Below, in pieces: positions 23,401-34,505 of a DNA stretch of 64,000 nucleotides. The stretch lies in NCBI GenBank assembly GCA_905178155.1, contig CAJINV010000003.1, positions 1,900,395 through 1,964,394 of the forward strand, written 5' to 3'. The stretch is from Amoebophrya sp. A120 (taxonomy: Eukaryota; Protista; Dinoflagellata). The position numbers and the translations under genes were made by a program. The notes below the pieces were generated by a model. The model was not told the origin of the DNA, searched no databases, and saw only the letters and a program-made list of their open reading frames with translations. The stretch's first letter is position 1; every line of letters starts with the position of its first letter.

Positions 23401-24991
23401 TTTCCTGCATCACGAAGTCGGAAAACGCGGCGTCAACGAGGTTGCAGATTTTGATGTCTATACTAGACGAGCCCGATGCAATAGCAAGACCAAGATCATT
23501 TTGCACCTCCATCGTTTCCTCATTCGCGACGCCCTGCTCGAACCCTTCTTTTTTATCAGCCCCTCGGAAGCGCTCCGGCAGCTGCAGTGTGAGGCGAATA
23601 CTCGGCACTGTGACCGCAAGTTGCCGTGTGTCGTGTTCTGCCACCAAAAAGCTGCCCTTGGCGAAACGGGCGTCCCCGTATACGCTGCAGTGGCGCAGGC
23701 TTTGCAACCGCCGATCCAATACGCAGAGGAAAACTTCCCCCTCTACCCACAGCAGGGTCTGGTCTTTCGGCAAAGAGCTCAGCTGCGCCTGCTGTGAGGC
23801 AGCGGTAGTTCCTCGCAGCTTGTTTGCCGGGCTGCTGTACTCCGAATCGCTGTAGTGCCGGCTGGCTCCGCCCCGGGCCGAACCTGCGCCCTTCTGCATC
23901 ACGGTTGTGCGGAGCAGCCTCGCACGTTGCATCGAGTGTGTTTCCTTCACGCCGGTTGCTGGGTTCTCCATCATGAAATCGGTGTAGGTCGGATCGAAGA
24001 TTGCGCGAAAAAGCCGCGGATGCAGTCCGAGACACCTGGGGTAAATTCGTCCCGGGGGGAGCTCAAGCTTTCCTGTCGAACCCGGCGGGGCACCGTCATT
24101 CATCGTGTCGAGATCTGCACTTGTAGTTGTGCTGTCCTCTAAACTCGCTTCCTCTTCAGTGGAAGCGGCAACGAAAGTGACCCAAAGCCAGAAGCTCTTG
24201 ACCTCTTCGTCTTCGTGCAGGTTGCCACGACTTTGCTGCCGTGCCTCGATGATCAGATCCGTTTCCGGTGTGAGAACGTACACAAAGGAACTACCATCGG
24301 ACTCCTCGATCTTCTGCTCCGCAACTGCGGCCTCGTCGGTAGTACTTGAAGTGCTCGCGGCGACGACCTTCAGCACTTGCAGCTTAATCGCGGTACCGTG
24401 AATGAAAATGGGAAAATACGTGGTCGCGCCTGTCAAGCTGCCGATTTGCGATCGGAGATTGTCGCAGATCCATTCGGCGTTGGCGTCCACCAGCTCGAAA
24501 TCGTTGGCATGTAAGGCGCGGACGTGGACTTCCTTGGCGTTCTGCGTTTCGTGATTGTAAACTGGACGAACCGTGACGCGTGCGTTCGCCGGAATTTGCA
24601 CACTCTCGGCAAAGGACTCCGACAGGTACAGGACTTCATCCGGCGACTCGGCGGAACCCGTAATTTTGCCGTGTTCGTCCGCATCGGGGCCGACCATCCC
24701 TCGTCGCTGCCGGTGGAATTCCCACGTGTCAAGAAAACGACAGCCGACACACACTTTTTTCGTCGGTGTAGGAGTTGTGCTGGTGCTGGAAGCACTTCTA
24801 CCTCCGCGTGTAGTTGATGTACTCCGTGAAGATGCTGAGGGGCTCGCTGAGAACGACGATAGCACGGCGAGCTCCACGACGCGGACATTGCTAAGCGCAT
24901 GCTGGCCCCACTTTTCCGCATGCCGGTGGGAGTTCAACCCAGCAAAACAGGTCTCCGATGAGATGAGACGCACGGTATAAACTGCGCTCAT
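20426..24991 (-). CDS. PEX1: Peroxisome biogenesis AAA ATPase PEX1
   Basis: N-terminal VRALHANDFELVDANA...LRSQI (PEX1-N like). Degenerate D1 domain. Intact D2: GPSGCGKT, VKGPELLSKYIGESE, FFDEIE, TGVTDRVVNQMLTYLDGVE, RPDLVDPALLRPGRFD. Confidence 0.9.
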   Translation of the reverse strand: MSAVYTVRLISSETCFAGLNSHRHAEKWGQHALSNVRVVELAVLSSFSASPSASSRSTSTTRGGRSASSTSTTPTPTKKVCVGCRFLDTWEFHRQRRGMVGPDADEHGKITGSAESPDEVLYLSESFAESVQIPANARVTVRPVYNHETQNAKEVHVRALHANDFELVDANAEWICDNLRSQIGSLTGATTYFPIFIHGTAIKLQVLKVVAASTSSTTDEAAVAEQKIEESDGSSFVYVLTPETDLIIEARQQSRGNLHEDEEVKSFWLWVTFVAASTEEEASLEDSTTTSADLDTMNDGAPPGSTGKLELPPGRIYPRCLGLHPRLFRAIFDPTYTDFMMENPATGVKETHSMQRARLLRTTVMQKGAGSARGGASRHYSDSEYSSPANKLRGTTAASQQAQLSSLPKDQTLLWVEGEVFLCVLDRRLQSLRHCSVYGDARFAKGSFLVAEHDTRQLAVTVPSIRLTLQLPERFRGADKKEGFEQGVANEETMEVQNDLGLAIASGSSSIDIKICNLVDAAFSDFVMQENGAILQHGMQLWLRTKRSFEAQLEVARLRRAETACGEESGADADGVKNVDLSSFTELEEEEDCESLYNCDLSASSASEACSLAVKQVPDGSRADLDKNIKRLADDGAVTSASLLGSAGDPANVQPMAPPGQHEHENQVQVVVGDLDPWAAAHLDMTSLDWGFEDVSATAATGLGHDAEASPPERENEDDVSAELLFAPTKSVGQRYFYYPVRLEFQNIDASADMYTLLESYELGDHDMDVDIEFTPTESRSALLMTKAFAFPQRDFSRPGKTSALALEPPTCAAPSFHSETLLRSFCERANVEDAVTRLVLEAVELSLSRQSATKFGLPSHLRELPFFQRTLSAARSKVDSPAVRSGLLMSGARGAMQKDVLQHVLSDQNKNALWINCALLANSKVAYKTIGLLLQTVLLLAVQLSPAVVVFEELDALLLPENAGEQPAVENIASLRSQCLSDTLKDLLPVLRASCAEETALALDFSALHKQIVSAFELRTTSPDAASDALQEFYCAHQESALPLAHSLQFAATVTNREFKSLVTSSLALDSRVHLDNPGLRDRADILAAYLSQKQKESAPVAYSSDYMSDLANDLAARTDGSTVTDLLEIANFTMKTLLRSTYGDPSGSEEDLLSPSTPKLSAEAVLEEYRRSRPGHQASSSSSSSTGKAQPLQAESIFWEHVGGLQLQKSVLLDTLLLPTTFEPLFKRSAMKQRQGLLLVGPSGCGKTFLVHALSNRLRGFVRFFQVKGPELLSKYIGESEAGVRNVFEQARQASPSCIFFDEIEALCPVRGGETTGVTDRVVNQMLTYLDGVEARKQLFVIAASSRPDLVDPALLRPGRFDRKLYCGPPAGDTREWHAVIQTVIEAGKFGLDKEAREYCQDTLPAELAKISGFTPADVRALFSTAQLDAIHKKLEEARHQGDRAEEDDESQQDEARISRAMLEFAVASTKPSLSKNEVAQLDARFAQYQEKSPGRTDRGRGGEIAGRLQHVSKKVALA

Positions 24992-25889
24992 CTTGTATTT
25001 TCGCCGTTGCTGTGACTGTGAAGAACTACATGCTGATGGTCATGATGCTGTGTGCCGAAAATAACTTACATCAAAGATGAGTGCTGTTTTGGTTTCTAAG
25101 CATCCATGTAACAGTTAAACCAAAAAACTACGTTCGCGAATGTTTGCTTTGAATCGGTTGCACATCATGGAAACACAACTTCCTCTTGAATTCACGAGAA
25201 GCGACTCACTACATGATTATGATACAGCGATCCATGGTTCAAAAACGCCGGCGCTGCTGCGCCACAATATGCGACTATTTGTCTCGTTCACATATTCCTT
25301 CTCGCTAAAACTGGGTGAGGATCCAAGAAAAAAAATGAAAACAAGCTTCTACATACAGACGGTTGTTTGATCATGTTACGATAGTGCTCCTCAGTCCATG
25401 ATTGATCCTGATCGGCCTATACACAAAGACGAAAACGACCCGTGCCAGGGTCCTTGAAAAAACGTCGAGTACAACCAGGTCAGGACTTCGGTATTAAACA
25501 AGAGCAGTGCGAGCAATATTCATTGGCATTGAATGATTGCTGGTGCGTGGCCACATTCGATCGATGTAATCTGTCGCCCTTGTCTGCGTGAGACTCCAGG
25601 ATGCGGTCGTTTGTCCCGGATGTCAAAGTTCTTTGCCTAGTACCTTCACAAAGCTAGCTCTTTACCGAGCTTACAAAACAGTTCGGAGTACTCACTCTGC
25701 CAACTACAAGTTCAAGGTCTCGAAATTTCATTCCTTGACAACGTTTCTTATTTGCTGTCAACCCCACTAGGTCATGCAGGAAAAAGGTCACGATCCTGCA
25801 GCAGCTGCACATGCGTTCGTTGCGTGGATATACTCCATACACAGGCAATAGCAGTGCACATGTACAGCCCCTCATCCACGATGGGCTCC

Positions 25890-28592
25890 TCACACGCGAT
25901 TCTTCAACTCTCCGCCCCCGCCGGTCGTTTGTCCTTCTTCTGTGTTAGGATTAGACCCCTGTCCGGCTCGCCTTCTCCCTTGCGAGTCATCCGGCGCACC
26001 CATGCCGGTTCGCCTCGCGACAGCTCCTTGGTCGGTGGCCGGCAGCGGTGGTTGCTTTTCCGCGACAATGCTGCTGCCGTCGCTACTGGCTTTGGTCGTC
26101 TGTTTGCCCCCTTCAACATCCCGAGGTGCAGCTTGGCCTGTCGTGATGTCGACGGGGACGTGGCGGATCACCTGAACATTTTCCTCGCCCTCACTGCCCG
26201 TGTGCTCCACCACGTCCTCGAGTACAACTTCCTGCCCACTGAACGCGTTCTCCGACGGCCCCACCTTGCGGTCGCGACCCACAATGGAAAACAGGTAGCT
26301 GCTGAGGCCGCCAGCGGTGAGCGCGAACCCGCCCGCCTGAATCAGCGAGACCGGGTTGTGGAAGACAAGCAGGTCCGTCGCGATGCAGCACACTCGGTTC
26401 ACGTTAGCGATGATGCTGGTGAAAACGGCGCCGCGCTCTTCAATCAGCAAAAACTCGGTTGCGTACCAGCAGGCGGCAGAAAACCCCTTCAGCAAAATTA
26501 CGCTCGACTGCCAAGCCCAGGGGTGCTGGAGCACGTGAATCCACGGCGCCCTCCCTTCAAACAGCAACGACATGAGCAACGAACCCGTAGCGTTTACCGG
26601 CAATGCTAACAGCGCAAGGTCCAGCACGATGTGGCGGCGACGGCGGTTGTGCGCCCCGTGTCCCGGGCTGTACTCGCTCTTTGCATCTTCCTGCGCATTT
26701 GTTGCGTTTCTCGTTGCTATTTCGTCTGCCTCGAGCGCAAGACCTTCAGTTGAAATAGCAGTAGAGGTGCCCTCATCCTGTTGCTCGTCGCCTTCCGCGG
26801 TCACGAGGCGCTCCCCAGGACCACGCCCAGCAAGCAAAAGCTCATTTGCTTTTTTGTCCACCAAAACTGCGGTGAACAGCATGCGCCCGGCGCGAAAGCC
26901 AACACACACTATGGCCAGCGTCATTCCGACCGAGTTGAAGTTCACTTCGCCGACAGAGCACAAAACGCCGCCGACGCACAGCGGGAGTAAGGAGAGCAAG
27001 GTGTAGGTCGAAAATTTCTCACCCTGAACGAAGAAGGACAACGGGATCTGGAACACGGGGCCCGTCATCTGAATCGCTTCCGTCACATCGGGAAACAGAA
27101 ACAAGTTGCTCGCCATGCCGGTCGCCCCAGTGCCAACATTCAGAACGGAAAGCGGCAAAACCTCGCGAAGCGCACTAAAGCTCGTGCTCACCGGTCCGAT
27201 CCAAGATTCCAGTGGCGACGTCGCTGCACGGGGCGTGGTGCCGCTGGTGGTTCCAGGACTTGCAGTGCCGCTGTGTTCTCGTATGAACATGGGTCCGTCG
27301 ACAGAAAAACCCCCGCGGTTCATTCCTGGCTCCTCGCGAGCTCCACTTGATGTTGCGTCCTCGCCCACCAGCGGTCTTGCAGAAGTGCTACTGGCACTAC
27401 TAGCTCCTGCTGCACCCGCGATGTACATCGAGGCTTGCTGTTCCCGCGTTTCCTGCCGATCCTGGTGCAGCAGAACCATGCGGCGCAGCAGAATGATCGC
27501 GCCGCAACAGACAATCTGGTCTGTGAAGATCAGAAACAGAGGGTACGGCATGCCGTTCGTCATCAAGGCCTTGGCCAGAATGATCATGCCCACGTAGCCT
27601 GCCGTGTGGATCGAAGTTTCAAAGAAGGTCAGGCACGACAGGTCCGACAACATGACCCGAATCTCCTTACTGATCTTGCGTCCCGCACGCACGACACTAT
27701 TGTCGCTCGTCGGCTCTTCGTCGTCGCCAAACTGTTCCCGCATGCGCCGCTGCCCCGTGCTCGCATCCGTAGGGGGCTGCTCCCCCTGTCTCCTGCGCTG
27801 CCCAGGAACAGCACCTCCCGGGTGGTCTGAGGACGAAACAACAGCGAGGCTACGTGCGTGCGTTCTCATCGCCGTTGTATCTCCTAGCTGCTGCCCGCCA
27901 TGCTTATCCTGATTTGCACCTGCATGATCAAGACTTTCTCCGTCCTTTGGATCAGGGGCAAAGAGAAATCTGGACGAACTTTTGCTTCGCACACGATGTT
28001 TGCTATTATGGTGCCTCGCCGCGAGTGCGGCTCCATCATACGCAGGTGGATCCTCGTCATTATATTGCGCAAGCGGCAGGTAGCCGCTTTGGCTCCTGGT
28101 TCTTGGAACATCATTTTTGTGGAGAACAGTAGTTGCACAACGGTGTAAGAAATCTTCGCGAAGACTCTTCGGTACCTCCGCATACACACAGGAACTCGTT
28201 GCCATGTCTACTTCTCCCCTGCGAAATTTTAACGCTGACTGAGACGCTTGTAGTTGAGAAAGGGGCTGTACCCTGTGCGTACCTCTTCTGAACAGCAGAT
28301 CGACTCGCCTGGACGTCTTAAGACTCGTCGGCGTGGGCTTCTTAGTTCGAGCACGACGAAGAGAAGCCTTGCCCGCGTGGTGTTGTACTACGTCGGGGTC
28401 CTGGAGGTGCTGCTCAGATTGTTCTTCCACGTCTTGGTGAAAGAGCCACTTCTTCAGATAGGAATCCTGGTCGAAGAACGAAACCGTAGCGCCGCACCCC
28501 CGCCGGCAATCGGTCTTGGCCGAAAGAGCGTCACTGTCGTTCGCAAATACCAACCAGTCGCTCCAAAATCCACCCGCTAAAAATGCGGTCAT
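25890..28592 (-). CDS. Triose-phosphate/nucleotide-sugar transporter family (DMT superfamily) membrane protein
   Basis: Multiple hydrophobic helices. Motifs PYPLFL, VLPLSVL, EAIQMTGPVF, GEVNFNSVG, FTSIIANVNR, LVFHNPVS..Q..G are typical of TPT/SLC35E-like carriers. Confidence 0.85.
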   Translation of the reverse strand: MTAFLAGGFWSDWLVFANDSDALSAKTDCRRGCGATVSFFDQDSYLKKWLFHQDVEEQSEQHLQDPDVVQHHAGKASLRRARTKKPTPTSLKTSRRVDLLFRRGTHRVQPLSQLQASQSALKFRRGEVDMATSSCVYAEVPKSLREDFLHRCATTVLHKNDVPRTRSQSGYLPLAQYNDEDPPAYDGAALAARHHNSKHRVRSKSSSRFLFAPDPKDGESLDHAGANQDKHGGQQLGDTTAMRTHARSLAVVSSSDHPGGAVPGQRRRQGEQPPTDASTGQRRMREQFGDDEEPTSDNSVVRAGRKISKEIRVMLSDLSCLTFFETSIHTAGYVGMIILAKALMTNGMPYPLFLIFTDQIVCCGAIILLRRMVLLHQDRQETREQQASMYIAGAAGASSASSTSARPLVGEDATSSGAREEPGMNRGGFSVDGPMFIREHSGTASPGTTSGTTPRAATSPLESWIGPVSTSFSALREVLPLSVLNVGTGATGMASNLFLFPDVTEAIQMTGPVFQIPLSFFVQGEKFSTYTLLSLLPLCVGGVLCSVGEVNFNSVGMTLAIVCVGFRAGRMLFTAVLVDKKANELLLAGRGPGERLVTAEGDEQQDEGTSTAISTEGLALEADEIATRNATNAQEDAKSEYSPGHGAHNRRRRHIVLDLALLALPVNATGSLLMSLLFEGRAPWIHVLQHPWAWQSSVILLKGFSAACWYATEFLLIEERGAVFTSIIANVNRVCCIATDLLVFHNPVSLIQAGGFALTAGGLSSYLFSIVGRDRKVGPSENAFSGQEVVLEDVVEHTGSEGEENVQVIRHVPVDITTGQAAPRDVEGGKQTTKASSDGSSIVAEKQPPLPATDQGAVARRTGMGAPDDSQGRRRAGQGSNPNTEEGQTTGGGGELKNRV

Positions 28593-29034
28593 TCTAAATC
28601 AGATATTTTTGTCAACTACGACCTCTCTCTTCGGTCTTCTATCCTGATTATTCACATAGAGCCTTCAAAGAAGTACGTACGTATCGACTTCGATACTTAC
28701 GACGGAGATCGTGATAGATCGACAAGCAATGCCGCCATGTCTTGCACTCTCTCAACACGAAAGCAGAATCTAGAAAGCAGAAAGAAAGTCTTATTCTTTC
28801 TTCATTTCTCGATTGATACGCCTACGTGACAGACTGAGCTCGTTCAATTCCGAACGATAAAGACATGGAACAGCGAAGCTGTATGCAAACGATACGATCA
28901 CGTCGAAATCGAATGGAACACAAATATAAAATAAGAAAGCGACTGCTCGCGTTTACCATATTTGAGGGAGCGAGACAAACGCGCTACATTGATATTCCTA
29001 GAGGACTCTTGCTCATGCAGAAGATAAAGCAAAT

Positions 29035-30127
29035 TCACGTTGTCGTTGCTAGATTCTTTTCTCGTGGTGCACTCGTCGCGCCAGCTGTGCTGGCCGAGGT
29101 TCGTGTGGATATTTTCGAGGCCGCTCCACCGGTCAAACTCCCTTGTCCAGGTGCCTTCAGGCCCTCCAAATTGTCGAGAGCCAGCTCTTGCAGGACTGCT
29201 TGTGTCTGTATTAGAGTAGCATTTTTGGAAAAATGTATTTGGATGTCTGTGAAACCACTCCAAGTTTAGTTATAGTTCGCATCGTAAGTATTTACCATTC
29301 GTCCAGTGCAGCAGTAGGCACTTGCTATTCCTGTTGCTTTCGATTTGTGTCCCGGTACAAGTATAGAAACAACGATTACGAAGATGAACAGAACACCAAT
29401 GCTACACGTATCGCAGCGCGAGCATCCTGACGAGAATATGTTGTACATACTTACCTCAGCTTCCGCATCGCCTTCGATTTCGCCGTCGGCGTCGAGGGCT
29501 TCTTCTACTGCATCGTCAAGGACTTCTTGTATAAGTCCAGCGCGCTGCATTTCGCGGGCCATGGTTGTCATCTCCTGCCTGATCTGGGGTATCGACATCA
29601 GCTGCGACATTCCCTGCATGATGGCCGTGCTTTGCTTCAGGGAATCCGCGAGTCGCATCGTGCTTGTCATGGCAGTCAGCTCCATACACACCGAATTGAG
29701 TTGTGTTTTGGCCAGGTACAATCTATTGGTCGCACGCCGGGACCCCACCAGCTGTATTTTCATTTTTTTGCGACGTGTTTGTGATTTTTCAAACTTTGTT
29801 TCACGATTCGCATCCTGTGATGCGTGGATGTTCTTTTCTGTTTCTCCTGTGCCCGCGCACGAAAGGAATGCGAAACGGCGATGAAGGAAGTACTTATACC
29901 TGCTTCGCTAGCGTTCTGACCGCGACCATTTCGCCCTTGCTGGCATACTGCTTCACCTCTCGCTTGAGTTTGTCTTCCTCCCGTTTTATCTTAGCGATTT
30001 CTCGCTCCATGGACCGCATTTCTGATTTCATTCGCCTCTGCCATTCGCGTGATTGTGCTTTAGCGTTCTCCGCCTGCGCTTCTTTCTTCTGATCGCTGCC
30101 AGCAGATCCAAAGAGACCGCTGAACAT
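29035..30127 (-). CDS. VPS24: ESCRT-III subunit VPS24/CHMP3 (Snf7 family), 3 exons, 231 aa
   Basis: Exons 30127-29900, 29751-29455 and 29205-29035 joined by phase-0 GT-AG introns of 148 and 249 nt. Motifs REWQRRMKSEMRSMEREI, RTLAKQLV.SRRA.NRLY.AKTQLNSV, MAREMQRAGLIQE. Confidence 0.9.
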
Positions 30128-31372
30128 TTTTTTAGCCTGGCGATTTTTAGGCACGGTGAAGTTCTAGATCAAAAACGTAGCTTCTCCATTTATGGCTCCT
30201 TTTCCATTTATTTAGGAACACTTAAACCACTTTCGAAATCAAACAGCACGAACTTCGGCAGAAATACGAATGACAGATCCTATGCGCTAGGCAAAAGGAG
30301 CGATAGAAGGTTGAAACATGGGACACGATAGGAGCGTGCGAGGAAAGAGCAGATAAATAACGCCAATACCATTCATATTCTGGTGTAAAACGCATGGATA
30401 TTTAACGCTATGTCGTTGCTCACTAAAAGCAAAAGTAGATTGGTAAACCCATCATGACATGCAGCGAAAGCAAAACGAGAGAGGCCTTCTACAAATGCAA
30501 GTATAGGTCAGTACGACGTTGCAGTCTCACAGTTTGGGGCACTGGCAGATACACCTTTCATCGGAGGTCGTCGCGGAAGGTTGCTTATTGCTAGCTCATA
30601 CAGAGGCTCAACGGAGCTGACCGATACTGTCGGAGATGAAGAAAATTTCTTTGGATTTTTCTCCAGCGTCATAGAGAGCAGCCTCGCTTCTCCAGAACGC
30701 TATCGCATGTGAGTCCATACCCCAGTCTCCTGTACAGTTTGTCGAATCAAAAAACGATTCATTGACTGCAGAGCTGTCGCTGCTCCAGGACAAATGCAGA
30801 TCGATCCAGACACAGATCATTATGAACGTCTTGTGCCTGCAGTCCACTGTGTTGCCGCCGCCCTCACAATACCAGTGGGGGTACTCCTATCTCTGTCATG
30901 GATGTCGATATACAAATATGAATTAATGTAATCGTAATCTTCTAACCTGTGCCTTCGTTCCAATTACGAATCTCAATGCAGAGCCATCTTTCAGGACAAC
31001 TCTAAGAACAGGTTTTTCTTTTTTATCAGATTTATTTCTGCTCTCACTCTCGACACTCAGCGTTAACAGGGACACTGTCAAGAACGGGACTATAGCAAAA
31101 CAAGACTTCCGAGCGCATTTTTCGCAACTGTGAGTGCGATCGCCACCACATATGAACCAGCGAGCTCAGCCGTGGCTCTCTCAGATGAGCTACATCACTG
31201 AAATACGTTAAACAACTACCCTTGTTTTCAATTAGGTTCGAAAGTCCGACCCATGCCAACAAACTTGCTTACTCTGAACAGGCACTTCGCATGCTCATAC
31301 AGAATTCTTGTCTTTTCGTTAAAGCTAGCAGCTTGCATAGTCCAGCCTATCTTGACCGGGTCCACTCATTCT

Positions 31373-33061
31373 TCATTCCACAGTGCGCCACAGGTTCTCT
31401 ATCTCCGTCCACGGTATCCTATTGACGAAGTCCTCATCCTCCGGCCGTTCAATTTCTCGCACAAGTTGCCGGTAGTATTCGAACGTGAGGCCAGATTCCT
31501 GCAGTCTTTGTGCGGTCGTAAGGCCTGCGAATCTCTGCAGAGGATTGATGGTTGGCGCCAAGTCGCATTCCATTTCCAAGTCATATCTGATGATGTACTC
31601 GATCACTTCGAGGGCCCTAATCTTTGGGTCGCAATGGGAGTCGAACGTCGAACTCAGGCGCTTCAAGCGGCGAGAGAAAACATCGATGACGTCGGCCGCC
31701 GAAAGATTCAGCAGCAGGTTCTTGTCTCGAAAAAAATTCTGGCCCAGCAGCGGTAGAATACCACTCTTTTCGAAGTTTCTTTTGCAATCAGGGAGGACAC
31801 ACTCGTGCAGGCGGAACCTCCAATAGAGCTCTGACGTAAGAGCTGGTATTTGTCCGGTACTCGCAACGCGTTCCAAAACAGTCTTGTGGTACAAATAGCA
31901 CTGGTTTCCTTCCGCTACCTGCGCCCTAGTTCGCTGTGGTAATCTCGGAAACGTCGTATTTGATTCGGAGCGGTACCAGGTTGCCGCACGGCGGGCGTCG
32001 ATATTCTTTCCGTCCTCCGTCAATGCAGCGAGAGCACGGCGCAGAAGCTTATGGCAGTCTTCTGCGGTGATTTCTTGCAAGTCTGGAGGAAAGACAGCGA
32101 AAACCGCGGCTTGTCGCCGGCGCGAGCCGAAGTAGATCGCCGAATCAACGACACTCCAGCAAAATGCGTCCCGAAACGACGGGGAAAAGAATTCTCCACC
32201 AATTGCTTTGTGGTATTTACTCCACTCCGCTGCACGAAAATTCAACGCCGCCCGAACAAGATTGTAGTTGTGTTTCGACAGTAAAATCGGACCCCTGCTT
32301 CGACAGATTGTAGATGTAGTTGTGTATCGACAGTAAAAACAGGTGTCGGAACAAAACGCCGATGATGGTACGCTACGGTCCCGAATCCGCTTCAGCTTCT
32401 CCTGGCTCTCCACACCACCACAATAATGAGCCTCGCAGTAGAAAAACGCCTGCGCTTCGTCCACAGACTTCAAGTTTCTCACCGCGGCATTAATTCGCAC
32501 TTCCCAATCACAATTACTTTCGTCAGACTGCCTCTTGAGGTCGTAACTCACGCGACCAACTCCAAACTGGTAGACCACCTGGGCAAGGTTGTCAACATCG
32601 ATTTCCGCGTCCGGGCCGAGAAAGCAGTCAGGCATAGCATCGGAGTCCTCAGCTCCTTCTTCCAGTGGCAAGACGCTTTCCAAGTCCGGGTCTTCCGGAA
32701 TGATCACCAACTCGCTGTCTGTCATTTCCGCGTCATTTTTTGGCAACACCGCAGGAGCTGGCCCTTGTTCACCTTTCGAATCTCCTCCGTCCGACGCGTC
32801 CGGTACATCTTCGCGCACAAGCGTCCAGTGGACTAGCGAAGCTGGCGGGATCAGTTCATCACCCTGGAAGAACATTTGGAGAATCCTCGGTTGGCTTAGG
32901 TCTCGCACGCGAACCAGTCCGTCAACGTCTACAGAATGCTCTTCCCCGCTGAAGTTCCGGACTCGGATTTTCGCACTTGCAGAAGCGGTTGGCGGTTGGG
33001 GTGGCGACCCACGTGGCTCTGCTTTTCCACCTGCTGCACTTGACATCTTCTGCTTTTTCAA
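31373..33061 (-). CDS. Hypothetical protein, tandem paralogue family copy C
   Basis: 562-aa ORF highly similar to 34506-36686. N-terminal KIRVRNFSGEEHSVDV resembles the start of a ubiquitin-like fold (weak). Confidence 0.8.
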   Translation of the reverse strand: MKKQKMSSAAGGKAEPRGSPPQPPTASASAKIRVRNFSGEEHSVDVDGLVRVRDLSQPRILQMFFQGDELIPPASLVHWTLVREDVPDASDGGDSKGEQGPAPAVLPKNDAEMTDSELVIIPEDPDLESVLPLEEGAEDSDAMPDCFLGPDAEIDVDNLAQVVYQFGVGRVSYDLKRQSDESNCDWEVRINAAVRNLKSVDEAQAFFYCEAHYCGGVESQEKLKRIRDRSVPSSAFCSDTCFYCRYTTTSTICRSRGPILLSKHNYNLVRAALNFRAAEWSKYHKAIGGEFFSPSFRDAFCWSVVDSAIYFGSRRRQAAVFAVFPPDLQEITAEDCHKLLRRALAALTEDGKNIDARRAATWYRSESNTTFPRLPQRTRAQVAEGNQCYLYHKTVLERVASTGQIPALTSELYWRFRLHECVLPDCKRNFEKSGILPLLGQNFFRDKNLLLNLSAADVIDVFSRRLKRLSSTFDSHCDPKIRALEVIEYIIRYDLEMECDLAPTINPLQRFAGLTTAQRLQESGLTFEYYRQLVREIERPEDEDFVNRIPWTEIENLWRTVE

Positions 33062-33844
33062 AATTGGAAAATCGAAATTCTAGTCTTGTTTCTGTAGTTT
33101 CAACCTTTACTTTGCGTTCTGAGCGAAAACCAAACCACACAAACTGCTGAGAGGGCTAGAAAAAGTGTTGAAAGAGAAAGTTCAAATTGACACGGAAAAG
33201 TCATGCGATAAAAGGTCGGTGGCTGGAAATGAGAAGATGAAGAGGCGGTTTGCAGTAAAACAAAGCGAAGAAATTTGGAATCACTCTCAGAACCCTCAGG
33301 CGCGAACAAACAACCGACCAGAAGATGAACAAACGATACCGATGACGAAATCCTCGTATCGACCGAAGAACGAAAAATCAAATCGAGGGATGCGGGACAC
33401 TTCCGTCCCTATCCCCGTAGCACTAAACTGTCAAAACAAATGCGCCCGAAACCTTGCCAAGATGAACGCAACTCTCTCGGACGACAACGATTCAGCTCTC
33501 TCGTATGCGACAGGAGCATCAAAGCAAACTAAGTACAAGAGCCGAGAAAAACAGCCAAATAACTCATGACGAAAACGATCTGGAATGTGAAGTAGCTTGC
33601 CAGATGAGGAGCAGTTGCAGTAGGCCATACTAGCTCAAACAAAATAGTACTCACAAGCGTCACCACTAGACGTAGACATAGATCCGTCTTTTTATTACCA
33701 TTACAATACAAATACAAAAAAGCTCGTGGTAGTCATGGTGTTTCGACATTCTTGAACAATCGGAATAGGGACCAGAAGCAGTCTTTTTGCAGCAAAACTA
33801 TAAACATCTCCCCCCGACACGGAAACTTGACCACCATCAGTACT

Positions 33845-34384
33845 TCATTCCACAGTGCGCCACAGGTTCTCGATGTCCGTCCACGGAGTCGTATTGTCGA
33901 AGTCCTCCCCGGGTCGTTCAATTTCTCGCACAAGTTGCCGGTGGTACTCGAATGTGAGGCCGGATTCCTCTAGTTTCTGTGCGGTCGTGAGGCCGGCGAA
34001 TCTCTTTAGAGGATTGATGATCGGCGCTAAGTCGCATTCCATTTCCAGATCATTCCTGATGATGTACTCGATCAGTTCCAGCGTGTGAATGTTTCTGTTG
34101 CAACTGTCGTCGAACACCCAATTATTCAGTTTCTTTAAACAACGAGAAACCAAATCGATGACGTTGGTGGCCGAACGATCCTTGAGGATTGGGAGGACAC
34201 TATTATCTCGGACGTATTCCTTCCACTCAGGGAACGCACATTCGTGCAGCCCAAGAAACTCACGAAGCGCTGCCATGAGAGCTGGTATTTGTCCGGTACT
34301 CGCAACGCGTTCCAAATAAACAATCTTGCGGCACAAGTAGCACGGGTTTGCTTCCGCTATCTGCGCCCTAGTTTGCAGTGTCAT
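33845..34384 (-). pseudogene. 5'-truncated third copy (B) of the paralogue family
   Basis: Contains only the C-terminal 179 aa (LQTRAQ...ENLWRTVE). Similarity to the other copies starts abruptly at about 34380. Confidence 0.65.
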
Positions 34385-34505
34385 CGAAAGTTGTTTGTCC
34401 TTTTTGTCGTGTTCATTTCGCGATCATTCTCCGTCTTCAACTCCGTCGACCAGTTCGTCGTCAATCTCGCTTTCAGAGGAACTCGCAGCCCCAGCAGCAT
34501 CCCTA

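Noticed and set aside
34381-34384. ATGA stop-start overlap suggesting bacterial-style translational coupling
   Set aside because: It falls exactly on the truncation junction of paralogue B, and the upstream ORF is an alternative frame of copy A's 3' end.
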